Of a stretch of 64,000 nucleotides of DNA, positions 9,723 through 18,700 are shown piece by piece. The translations under genes were made by a program, and so were the position numbers. The DNA comes from a virus, in the IMG/VR virus record IMGVR_UViG_3300025117_000042, positions 1 to 64,000 of that record; one strand, written 5' to 3'. Positions within the stretch are counted from its first letter, which is position 1; every line of letters starts with the position of its first letter. The notes beneath the pieces were generated by a model that saw only the letters and a program-made list of their open reading frames with translations, was not told the origin of the DNA and searched no databases.

Positions 9723-9956
9723 ATGAAGTTGACTTTGTTTTTTACTCGCGGCTTTCATTGGCATTCTTCTGTATGTAGTCTGGAAGGTGAACCTTTAGAT
9801 ATAGATAACTCGATAATAGAACTTGTACATAGTGAATGGTATTTATTATCAATAAAACCAAATGTAAATCAATGTTGTGCTGTAAAATGTTATACCTTGC
9901 AGGAAATATATGAAGAGCAAATGGCACATATAAGTGCGAAAGGAGAAATGGAATGA
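9723..9956 (+). CDS. hypothetical protein
   Basis: start moved to ATG 9723 after GGAGGT. Confidence 0.45.
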   Translation: MKLTLFFTRGFHWHSSVCSLEGEPLDIDNSIIELVHSEWYLLSIKPNVNQCCAVKCYTLQEIYEEQMAHISAKGEME

Positions 9957-10423
9957 AAGCGTTTTTCGGTCTTGACAGGGTACATAATATACAACATCAA
10001 AAGCCTTGGCAGATGATCTATCAGGTGAAAGGTGAAACTGTATTGCCTACATTCACCTATGGTACATTCAGCGATCCTGACGGTGATTATTTCTGGACAA
10101 AAGAAGCAGCTGATGCCTGTGCAGACAATCACCGGATACAGAGAAAGACAAGGCTCAATGAATGGCTTAAGTTTGCGGAAGATTTTAAGATGGAGTTTTT
10201 GTCGTTTCCTACAGGCAGGGTGTACGGTGATGATTTATTAGATGCCCTTACCTGGAGCATTCTCCCTAAGCGAGAACATACCAGGACTAAAGTGTTCAAA
10301 CACAGGGATGATAATTGCCCTATCTGCCAGGATATGGCAAAGGCTCTGAAGTTTGACTACAGCGACCTGGAGCTAAGAATGTTGGGGTATCTGCAAAAAG
10401 AGCTGGAGAATGAGGAAGATTAA
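9953..10423 (+). CDS. hypothetical protein with terminase-like and PolA-motif-A-like peptides
   Basis: AAGGAG RBS; FPTGR..GDDLLDAL and FDYSDLELRML. Confidence 0.55.
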   Translation: MKAFFGLDRVHNIQHQKPWQMIYQVKGETVLPTFTYGTFSDPDGDYFWTKEAADACADNHRIQRKTRLNEWLKFAEDFKMEFLSFPTGRVYGDDLLDALTWSILPKREHTRTKVFKHRDDNCPICQDMAKALKFDYSDLELRMLGYLQKELENEED

Positions 10424-10463
10424 GAAACTTTCGGGTATATAATACATTGAAAGGAGTATACTG

Positions 10464-10664
10464 ATGATCTATAACGCGGAATACGTAGCAGCAAGGGTAA
10501 AGCTGATACCTGAAGCAGAAGCTTTTGCAGATGAGTTGGCTGGGCCTATGCCGGAAACAGCAGGGTTGGAGCGACAACGCTGGGCTAATACTTGGAATCG
10601 TTCATTTCATAGTCGGATGGATCAGCTGGCAAGAGAGCATGGGTTGTTAGGACAAAGGCCATGA
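10464..10664 (+). CDS. hypothetical protein
   Basis: TATAAT and AAAGGAG upstream. Confidence 0.6.
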   Translation: MIYNAEYVAARVKLIPEAEAFADELAGPMPETAGLERQRWANTWNRSFHSRMDQLAREHGLLGQRP

Positions 10665-10948
10665 ACGTAAATGATCTTGAACCTGTGGTTGCGGAGTGCG
10701 GGGAGTGTGGAGCACGTTGTCAGCTGTTACCCTATGGAGAAAACGAGGAGCTGGTATGCTTTAATTGTGGCATGCAATACCATAAACCTTTGGTTGAGGC
10801 TTTTGTCAGGGAAGGGTTCAGGCAAACCCTCAAGCTGGATTATCCTTGTATGTCGCTTGTTGAAGTAGAACGGCAAGTAGAAATCAGATCCAAGGCAGCA
10901 ATACGAACTTTGGAGACAATTTATAATAGTAAAGGAGCTAACGCATGA
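10661..10948 (+). CDS. Zn-finger hypothetical protein
   Basis: CGEC...PYG...CFNC. Confidence 0.55.
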   Translation: MNVNDLEPVVAECGECGARCQLLPYGENEELVCFNCGMQYHKPLVEAFVREGFRQTLKLDYPCMSLVEVERQVEIRSKAAIRTLETIYNSKGANA

Positions 10949-11148
10949 AGATAAAGATCAACTATGACACACCGGCTACTAAGCTTGGCTACGGCTATAT
11001 TCCTGTCAATAAGCGGGGAAAGATCATTACCAATAAAGAGCAGGAGCCGGTTATAAGACCACTCAAACGAGTGCCTTCGAACGCTGAATACGCCTCACAA
11101 CACAACACAACCTCCAGGCAAGGATCAAAGCTTCGACGTGGGTACTAA
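10945..11148 (+). CDS. hypothetical basic protein
   Basis: AAAGGAG RBS. Confidence 0.45.
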   Translation: MKIKINYDTPATKLGYGYIPVNKRGKIITNKEQEPVIRPLKRVPSNAEYASQHNTTSRQGSKLRRGY

Positions 11149-11163
11149 ATATAGGGAGGTGTC

Positions 11164-11361
11164 ATGCTTAAGATCGTAGGACAATCACTATACGCTGTTA
11201 GGTGTCGTAAGGGTTGTAAGGAAGGAGAACCTATAGCTCTGTCCTACACTGAAGCATTTGAGCAAGTTTTGCATAACTGGACTTGTCCTATGTGCGGTGG
11301 TGCTGCTGATTTCGACATGGAAGGTTACGACAAAAATCTATTAAAGGTGCTGAAAAAATGA
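11164..11361 (+). CDS. Zn-ribbon hypothetical protein
   Basis: GGAGGT RBS; CRKGC ... WTCPMC. Confidence 0.55.
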   Translation: MLKIVGQSLYAVRCRKGCKEGEPIALSYTEAFEQVLHNWTCPMCGGAADFDMEGYDKNLLKVLKK

Positions 11362-11517
11362 TCCGATATTTTGATATGCCAGATGATGAATTAGACAGAC
11401 TGTATCAACAGTTTGTTAATGAGCACCCTGAGCTGGTGAACGATGCCGAAAGGGTGCTTTACCTTATCAAGGAGAATTTCGTCTTGAAGCGGGAGTATAC
11501 AACAGCTATAGCAAGGA

Positions 11518-11727
11518 GTGTACGATAATATGTCATATAGGGAGATTGAAATACAAAAAGGCGAGAATTGGGAGACTATTGAATTTGACCAATTACAGGT
11601 TGGGGATATTGTAAGGTATAAAGATGATATTACCAACAAGTTTAAGGTGACAACTAAACCTGCTCCTTGCCCTGATATGGACGGTAGATTTCGGGGCAAC
11701 TATCAAGTTGTAGTGGACAAGCTATGA
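11518..11727 (+). CDS. hypothetical protein
   Basis: WETIEFDQLQVGDIVR. Confidence 0.55.
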   Translation: MYDNMSYREIEIQKGENWETIEFDQLQVGDIVRYKDDITNKFKVTTKPAPCPDMDGRFRGNYQVVVDKL

Positions 11728-11830
11728 TCGAAGTAGATTGTTCTAATCTTCCTTACATGGCATGGTTTAAGTACAGGTGGTATGTAATAGAAGAATTTAT
11801 GATCCTAGACGGTAATTTTTGGGTCTTTCC

Positions 11831-11868
11831 CTTGCTTCCTTGAAAAGTAGTGGTAGACTTATATTAGA
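11831..11868 (+). promoter_or_regulatory. early promoter, copy 3
   Basis: cTTGCTT-N16-TAGACT with TG extension, then TATATTAGA. Confidence 0.7.
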
Positions 11869-11871
11869 AGG

Positions 11872-12144
11872 ATGAAACCTAACTACTGGAGGTTATTCAT
11901 GAAAAGGTCATATCCATCTATTCCTACCATGATTAAATCAGCAGCCAGGGCATGGTGGTACTTCTTAACTTCAGGATGCCAGAAGCTGCCTAAGTACAAA
12001 CGAGATGAGCGGCATGCTGTATGCCTGAACTGCCATGAGCTTTGCCGGATGCGCTGCATGGCCTGTGGTTGTTTCGTAGCAGTCAAAACCTACTTCCCAA
12101 AAGAATCATGTCCAGTTAATAAATGGGGATCGGTGGATCTATGA
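11872..12144 (+). CDS. DUF6171-like Cys-rich protein (start may be the second Met, after GGAGGT)
   Basis: R...CLNC....RC..CGCFV..K......CP..KW. Confidence 0.7.
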   Translation: MKPNYWRLFMKRSYPSIPTMIKSAARAWWYFLTSGCQKLPKYKRDERHAVCLNCHELCRMRCMACGCFVAVKTYFPKESCPVNKWGSVDL

Positions 12145-12371
12145 GAGGATATGTAACAGCTTTCCTGGTACTAGCGGCAACAGCTCTGCCGACAATCAAC
12201 CTGCCAGAGGAGACTCCTATCAAACTGATGGAGTTTCCTCCGGTAACGATGATGCAATTTCCACTATTGGAGGTGTATACATCTAATAGAATAGAGGTGA
12301 AAGATGATACTGACAAGCAGCAACCTGACCGAGGAAGATTATCAGGAGATACAGAAGAGGATAACCGATGA
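12123..12371 (+). CDS. hypothetical protein with signal-like N-terminus
   Basis: MRGYVTAFLVLAATALP. Confidence 0.4.
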   Translation: MGIGGSMRGYVTAFLVLAATALPTINLPEETPIKLMEFPPVTMMQFPLLEVYTSNRIEVKDDTDKQQPDRGRLSGDTEEDNR

Positions 12372-12492
12372 TGAGGAGCTTATCGTTTGCCTGCATCTTA
12401 GGACATATGATCGGCTTACTCAGATCCTGCTTAAGGAGCTGATGCGCCTGAAGGGGATGCGATTACCTGTATCCGATAATGAAATAGCTTAA
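12304..12492 (+). CDS. hypothetical protein
   Basis: GAGGTG RBS; ends before terminator. Confidence 0.5.
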   Translation: MILTSSNLTEEDYQEIQKRITDDEELIVCLHLRTYDRLTQILLKELMRLKGMRLPVSDNEIA

Positions 12493-12499
12493 CCAAATT

Positions 12500-12532
12500 A
12501 ACCCTTGAGCATGTACTGTCAAGGGTTTTTTT
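12500..12532 (+). terminator. intrinsic terminator ending the early region
   Basis: AACCCTTGA-N10-TCAAGGGTT-TTTTT. Confidence 0.8.
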
Positions 12533-12588
12533 GACTTAAGTTACCAACAAAGCTAAGATAAGGATAGTTAATTGAAAAGGAGTATGAA

Positions 12589-14133
12589 ATGAAAGTACGC
12601 ATTGAAAAAGGTATCAGTGGGGGGGAAGTCAGGTTCTTGACACCAGAGAATCCGGCTGAAGCAGCAGAGCTGTACTTTCTGGAGCTTGCTGGGGAGGTGT
12701 CTTCGAATTCTTCCTTTGGGGATTGGAGAGGTGAAACCAAAAAGAGCGAGGTGCAGCAGATAACGATATCAAAAGGGAACCTGCATAAGGAACGGCTTGT
12801 ACTAAGAGATGTAATAGACAAGAGGGGGAGGAAGGCTAAACGATGGGTGTTGATGCACCAAAATCAGGAAAATAGAGATACTAAATTAACCATACAAACT
12901 GATGAGGTAGACTACAGCAAGGATACCAGAGCCTTTGAGTCTATTTCCGAGACTGAGCTACTAAATCAGGCAACACGTAAGGATATATACAGGCAAATGC
13001 AAAGGAACCTGCAAGGGGTTTCTCGTAAGGTGAACGTTCCGAACGAATTGAAAGGCCCAATGGGGGACGAGGCAGTTAGTATAATAGCAGAAGATATGCG
13101 ATCCGAACTGTCGCTGTACACAAGTTGGCTTGCTGGAGATACTACTGACCTGATGCACTTGTATATTAACCAATTCGAAAAAACGCTTAAGGCGGCAGCT
13201 CCTGAGTTTGCTAACAGTAAAGCCTCAGATCTACAAGCTTTGGGTATAGACACGATCCGTAAGCTTATTCACCAGGATATAGAGTCTACACGGCAAACCT
13301 TCTCCGATCATGGAATCAGGCATATCGTCGGAAACATCCTCTACCAGAACAAAATGATTGATGTATTAAACAAAGAAGGTATCCCGGTGACTCCCAAAGA
13401 GAAGCTTATGGGTATGTTTGTCCAGGTGAACCACGATATAGGCTATACGGTGCCTATAGTGCGCTCAGGTGGCAAGAATGGAGCAGTAGCATCTGGTAAG
13501 CATCCGGCATTCTCTGAGAAGGTTTTGAAGGAACAGAAGCATCTGTGGAACGAAGGCAAAATCTTTACCGAAGATGATTATAATAGAATACTTAACATAA
13601 CCAAACTCCATCAGAAGACTACTCTCTCCCTGGAAGATCCTGTCCTGTTCACCACTCAGATTGCCGACAATACCAGCATGTTCAGTAAAGAGAAAATCCC
13701 ACCTCTGTTTCAGTACATAGATGGATCAAGAGAGATACTTACTGATATGGGATTAGCTGCTAAGAGCGGGGATAAAGAGTGGTTTGAACAGTCAAAGACA
13801 GAGCTGTATAAGAGAGTTGATGCTAGTAACTTTAACAAGAATCTGAAAAGAGACTTGAAAGCTGCTGTTGCTTCTATCAATCAAATGACTCCTAAGTTCA
13901 CTATGGGTATTCTTGCCGGTGAGCTTCAAGGTGTGAGCAGTTCTACCGATGCTGTGATAGAAATAAAAGTTAAGCACAATGAGTATGACGCTTTCTTGTC
14001 ACAGTACCTTGATATGGGACAGAAGAAACTGAGAAGCTTACTGTCTGACTATGGAATCACTGAATACAATAAGACTGAATATCGACTTGGTGAACACAAC
14101 AACAAAACGCTAGTCAAAATCGTAGTAGAATAG
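12589..14133 (+). CDS. HD-domain hydrolase with N-terminal K|G sites and basic hairpin (putative capsid cargo)
   Basis: DHGIRH, NHDIGY, H, IADN; N-terminal VRIEKG and ITISKG...LVLRDVIDKRGRKAKRWV. Confidence 0.7.
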   Translation: MKVRIEKGISGGEVRFLTPENPAEAAELYFLELAGEVSSNSSFGDWRGETKKSEVQQITISKGNLHKERLVLRDVIDKRGRKAKRWVLMHQNQENRDTKLTIQTDEVDYSKDTRAFESISETELLNQATRKDIYRQMQRNLQGVSRKVNVPNELKGPMGDEAVSIIAEDMRSELSLYTSWLAGDTTDLMHLYINQFEKTLKAAAPEFANSKASDLQALGIDTIRKLIHQDIESTRQTFSDHGIRHIVGNILYQNKMIDVLNKEGIPVTPKEKLMGMFVQVNHDIGYTVPIVRSGGKNGAVASGKHPAFSEKVLKEQKHLWNEGKIFTEDDYNRILNITKLHQKTTLSLEDPVLFTTQIADNTSMFSKEKIPPLFQYIDGSREILTDMGLAAKSGDKEWFEQSKTELYKRVDASNFNKNLKRDLKAAVASINQMTPKFTMGILAGELQGVSSSTDAVIEIKVKHNEYDAFLSQYLDMGQKKLRSLLSDYGITEYNKTEYRLGEHNNKTLVKIVVE

Positions 14134-14147
14134 GAGGAACACAAACA

Positions 14148-14927
14148 ATGAGTTTAGGGCTAATTGTTCCTGATGGACACATATATCAGGATCAAGATCT
14201 GTTCCGGTTTTTACCTGTAGGAAATTTAATTGTGAGGCGTAAGCCTGATTGGATTATGACTATGGGGGATTTTCTTGGGATGCAAGCTCTATCTCATTGG
14301 GATAAAAACAAAAGAGTAACTGTAGAGGGGAGGCGATACCGTAAAGATCTGGAAGCTGGAAACTTCGCAATGGATCTAATATTAAAACCTCTCCTTGAAC
14401 TTCAAGACAAGCAACGATCTAATCACAAGCCTGTATACAATCCGCAGAAGATCTACCTGATGGGCAACCATGAAGCCTGGGCAACGAAGTTTGTAGAAGA
14501 GAATCCGTCGATGGAAGGGTTTGTTTGCCCAGCAGAGGATCTGTGTTTAGCTGAACGTGGTTTTGAGGTTATAGAGTACAAGCATTATAAGGAGATTGAA
14601 AACGTATTGTTCACTCATGCTGTCATGAATCAAGCTGGTAAGGCTATAGACGGTAAGCATGCTATCTTCAGAGTGTTTGAAACAACCTCTAAATCTATCA
14701 TCTTTGCTCACACTCATAGAAAAGAAGGTCTATGTGGTAGGAGACAGGGTGAAAAAGATATTATACAAGTGTTTACTTGTGGTTGTTACTTTGAGAAAGA
14801 TGAGCCATTTACAGAGGGTTGCCCCAATCCTTTCTGGCGTGGAGTGTTCATGGTAAACATCTTCGAGCCTGGAAGATTCGACCTGGAGGAGATAAGCATA
14901 CACAGACTATTCACAGAATATTGTTAA
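14148..14927 (+). CDS. calcineurin-like metallophosphoesterase
   Basis: PDGH, MGD, GNHE, FTH, AHTHR. Confidence 0.85.
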   Translation: MSLGLIVPDGHIYQDQDLFRFLPVGNLIVRRKPDWIMTMGDFLGMQALSHWDKNKRVTVEGRRYRKDLEAGNFAMDLILKPLLELQDKQRSNHKPVYNPQKIYLMGNHEAWATKFVEENPSMEGFVCPAEDLCLAERGFEVIEYKHYKEIENVLFTHAVMNQAGKAIDGKHAIFRVFETTSKSIIFAHTHRKEGLCGRRQGEKDIIQVFTCGCYFEKDEPFTEGCPNPFWRGVFMVNIFEPGRFDLEEISIHRLFTEYC

Positions 14928-15070
14928 AACATAATTGTTACGATATACTCAGTATGTAAGCTAACTGAGGGAACTTATACGTCGAAGAGAGCATGGTGTC
15001 TCACTAAATTCAAAAGGCAATAAGCCTATTATAAGTTTCCTTCAGTTTTTTGTTTGTAAAGGATCAGGAG

Positions 15071-15436
15071 ATGCCTTTTCAAGAGCTTGACATACTGGTA
15101 AGGACAGGGGATGGCAGACACTGTGTATTGATGGAGCCATTTGTTTATATTACAAACGGTGGTGAACGTATTGAAGTTACTATCGGTAGTGAGACAGATG
15201 GAGCCAGCACACCTCAGATTATTTGGGATCATCTCCCGCCTTTCGGTAGATATTGGAAAGCAGCCTACCTTCACGATTACCTTTATAGATACACTAATAA
15301 AACAAAAGAAGATTGTGATCTTATATTCCTTGAGGCTCTGCTGTCTCTTGGAGTTGATGCTGTTCTAGCTAATGTCATGTATCAGGGAGTTACAAAAGGG
15401 GGCTGGAAGGCTTTTGATGAGTGCAGAAACAAGTAA
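15071..15436 (+). CDS. DUF1353 family protein
   Basis: TDGASTP...GRYWKAAYLHDYLY...D.IFLEAL; ATG 15071 preferred over TTG 15050. Confidence 0.85.
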   Translation: MPFQELDILVRTGDGRHCVLMEPFVYITNGGERIEVTIGSETDGASTPQIIWDHLPPFGRYWKAAYLHDYLYRYTNKTKEDCDLIFLEALLSLGVDAVLANVMYQGVTKGGWKAFDECRNK

Positions 15437-15466
15437 TCATAAAGCGTAAAGCCACATACACAGTTA

Positions 15467-15513
15467 CGGCGCATTTGGTTTTTCAGTCCTTTCTCCATTT
15501 GCGCCGGTTTTTT
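15467..15513 (+). terminator. putative terminator with large loop
   Basis: CGGCGCA...TGCGCCG-GTTTTTT. Confidence 0.4.
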
Positions 15514-15538
15514 ATTTAATATAAAAAGGTTAGATTAA

Positions 15539-15754
15539 GTGGAAAGCAGAATAGAGGACGCAGGGTTAAGATGCGGAAATTGTAGTGAGTATACACCATT
15601 TCCAGATTATATAATAGAACATCGGGATGTTAAATTTGTAATGCAATGTGCTCACTGTCATAAGAAACATGTATTATACAAGGATACAGTAAGGATGGAA
15701 GCAACACATTCACGCTATGACGATGATGATTACTGGTTGAACCAGAGTATTTGA
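15539..15754 (+). CDS. Zn-ribbon protein
   Basis: CGNC ... CAHC. Confidence 0.55.
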   Translation: MESRIEDAGLRCGNCSEYTPFPDYIIEHRDVKFVMQCAHCHKKHVLYKDTVRMEATHSRYDDDDYWLNQSI

Positions 15755-15769
15755 GAGGGAGAAATAATC

Positions 15770-18700
15770 TTGAAGCTATTTATAAAGTCTGACTACGTGC
15801 GTGTTCAGCATGGCAAGCTTCAGCATGTGCATGATAAGCGTATAAAGCATATCATACCGCTCAAAGGCAGATCTTCTGCATCAGTAAGTCTCCGGTTGGG
15901 TAATGATGGTGCTCTGGACTTCAAAACGATCCTACAGGAGAATCCTAAGCTAATAGATAAGCATGCTCTAGCTGTGCAGGGCTATGTAGGCTTTAAAGCT
16001 AAACAGGGAGAGTCTTCTGAGCAAACTATCAAACGTCTAATAAATCATTTGACTGATAACCTAAGCTGGTTGTATGACCAGATACCGGAAGCAGAGCGCA
16101 AGCAAACAAGACAATGGTACGATGGAGCTAACAAGATAGCTAATGATTGGGCGAAGAAGTATAAGCTGCCAGTGCCTCAAGTTGCCGGTGTAATCGCCTG
16201 TATGTCTCCTCAGCTGGAGTGGTATCAAAACTTGCATCTCGCACAACATATAATAGAAACGTACCAAGGTAAAGACAAGCTCAAATGGGCCGATGGGATG
16301 GCTGAGCAGATCGAACCCAAGGTATTGGCTGAACTTAAGGGAAAAGCCCTGTCTGAGGTCGAGGATGAGGGTTTAAGGGCTATTTGGGTATTGGCTTATA
16401 ACAAGTCTCAGGATAAATCCTCTGTTGATATCTATTCACCTGAAGGTGAAAAGGTAGGACAGCAGGGTCAGACCTACTGGTTCACATCAGCTGCTATAAT
16501 AGCAAAAGCCTGGAACATCCTTGAAGGTAGGCCGATCACAAATAACCTCAGTAAAGCTCACAAAGTAAGGAACTTCTATAACAATATAATAGATCCTAGT
16601 GATGCTGAGAGTGTAACCATTGATACTCATGCTATTGCAGCAGCTTACCTTGCACCTCTGGCTGGCAATGACATTGAAGTGTTACACAACTTTGGTGCTG
16701 CCGCTGGTAAAGGTGAGGTATCACCTGGAACTGCTGCCGGTGTGCTTGGAACATATTACATTGCAGCAGATGCTTATCGTAAAGCCGCACAGAAGGTGGG
16801 TTTACTGCCAAGAGAACTACAATCTATTATATGGGACTTTATCAAGAACAAGTTTGATAAGGGACTCAAAATCAGTAGTGCATCCAGTAAGGAGCTAAAA
16901 AATGCCTGGAGTGAGTATACAGCTGGAAAAAGGAGCCTTGAATCAGTCAGAGCAGAAGTCTCCAAACGATGGAACCAATCCGATTCTAAAGCTTATGGCA
17001 GATCTAAAGCTTCCGATGACAAGGGAAAGCTACATAAAAGTTTGTTTTGGATTGAACGTGAAGGAGAGCGACCTGGGAGCGGAGTTCTTAGCAGAACTAC
17101 CAGATTTACCTTAGCAAAGTCTGATTATATAAGAGTGCGCCTGGGTAGACTTGAGCATGTACATGACAGACGTATACGCAAAGAAAAGCCACAGTCATTT
17201 TATAATGGTCTTACAAAGATAAGCGGCCCATTGGGTAGTAATCCAGGCGGAATATACCAGGACAACAACGGCACAAAGTACTATGTGAAGATCCCGGCTA
17301 ATCAGGACACTGCTATCAATGAGGTAGTAGCCAATAAGCTTTATGAGCTTGCCGGTGTCAAAGTGCCTGAACTTGATCTAATAGATGCCAACGGTAAGCT
17401 GGGTGTGGCAGGTAAATGGATGCAGATGGATGCTGAACGTGTAACTCCTGATAAGGAAGGAGTCTATTCTGGCTTTGTTACTGATGCTTGGCTTGCCAAT
17501 TGGGATGTAGTAGGTATGAGCTACGATAACCTTATGTTAGCTGATGGACAGGCTGTGCGTGTGGACACCGGAGGAGCCTTACTGTACCGAGCCAGGGGAG
17601 AGCGTAAAGGAGCTGCTTTTGGGCCTGCGGTTACTGAGCTGCAAACCTTGCGCGATCCATCCTTGAACGAAACCTCAGCTTCTGTTTTTGCTGGTATTCC
17701 TTTGAGTGCTATTAGAAGTAGTGCTGAAAACGTACTCAATATCCCCAAGAAAGCCATTGTAGACACTGTTAACACCTATGGCTCTAAATGGGATGATATA
17801 ACGAAGCAGCATGTTATTGACACATTGTTGGCAAGGCAAGCTTATATACACAATCTATTCACTACATTTGTACTCAAGTCTGAATATTATAGAGTTCGTA
17901 ACGGTAAACTTGAGTATGTACATGATGGTAGAACAAAGCATCAGGTGTTTCATTACAGTAAGAATCACAATCTTGTTAGGCTTGATCCTACGTACTATGG
18001 AACAGGTATGGCAGGAGGTGAGACTAAACGTAAGAAAACAGATCCTGAGAATTGGGTTGATCGCACTTACTTTTATGTAGGTGAGCACCACACTAAAGAA
18101 GATGGCCTGGGTCAGCATAAGTATATATCAGAGTTCGATCCTAAAGAGATATATGACTTTGCTTCAGATCCAGATAGTCTTCAGTCAACTTCAATAGATT
18201 TCGGGAAGTTCTCTGTTACGAAATACGAAAAGAAGATAAAAGAGGCTGGATACAAAGGTTTTATAGTACATCACCCTCAGCTTGGTAGTGTAATAGCTGC
18301 TTTTTATCCTCAGTCAGTAGATAAGTTGTCGAAAGCTGGGTATATAGCAGTTGACCTGAACAATAGTAAGTTTACTGTCAGTAAATCAGATTATGTCAGG
18401 ATTAGAAACGGTAAACTTGAACATGTACATGATAAGCGTGTTAAGAAGGATAAAAGGTTAGACAGAGCTGTAGCTTCACTGCATAAGTCTATGGATGAGA
18501 TAAAGCATTTGGTAGATCATGAAGAGTGTAGGGTTATAGCACCTGATGGCAAGGTAATTTTCAAGAAAGGTGGAAGCAAGTCTCAAATATCTTTTGTAGA
18601 AGAAGAAATGGCCTTATTCAAAGGTTGCTCTTTTATACATAATCATCCCTCTGGAAGTTCATTCTCACTAGAAGATATAAACTTTGCTATTAAAACAGGA

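Noticed and set aside
9953-10423. Functional terminase or DNA polymerase
   Set aside because: Only short motif-like peptides in 156 aa; catalytic domains absent
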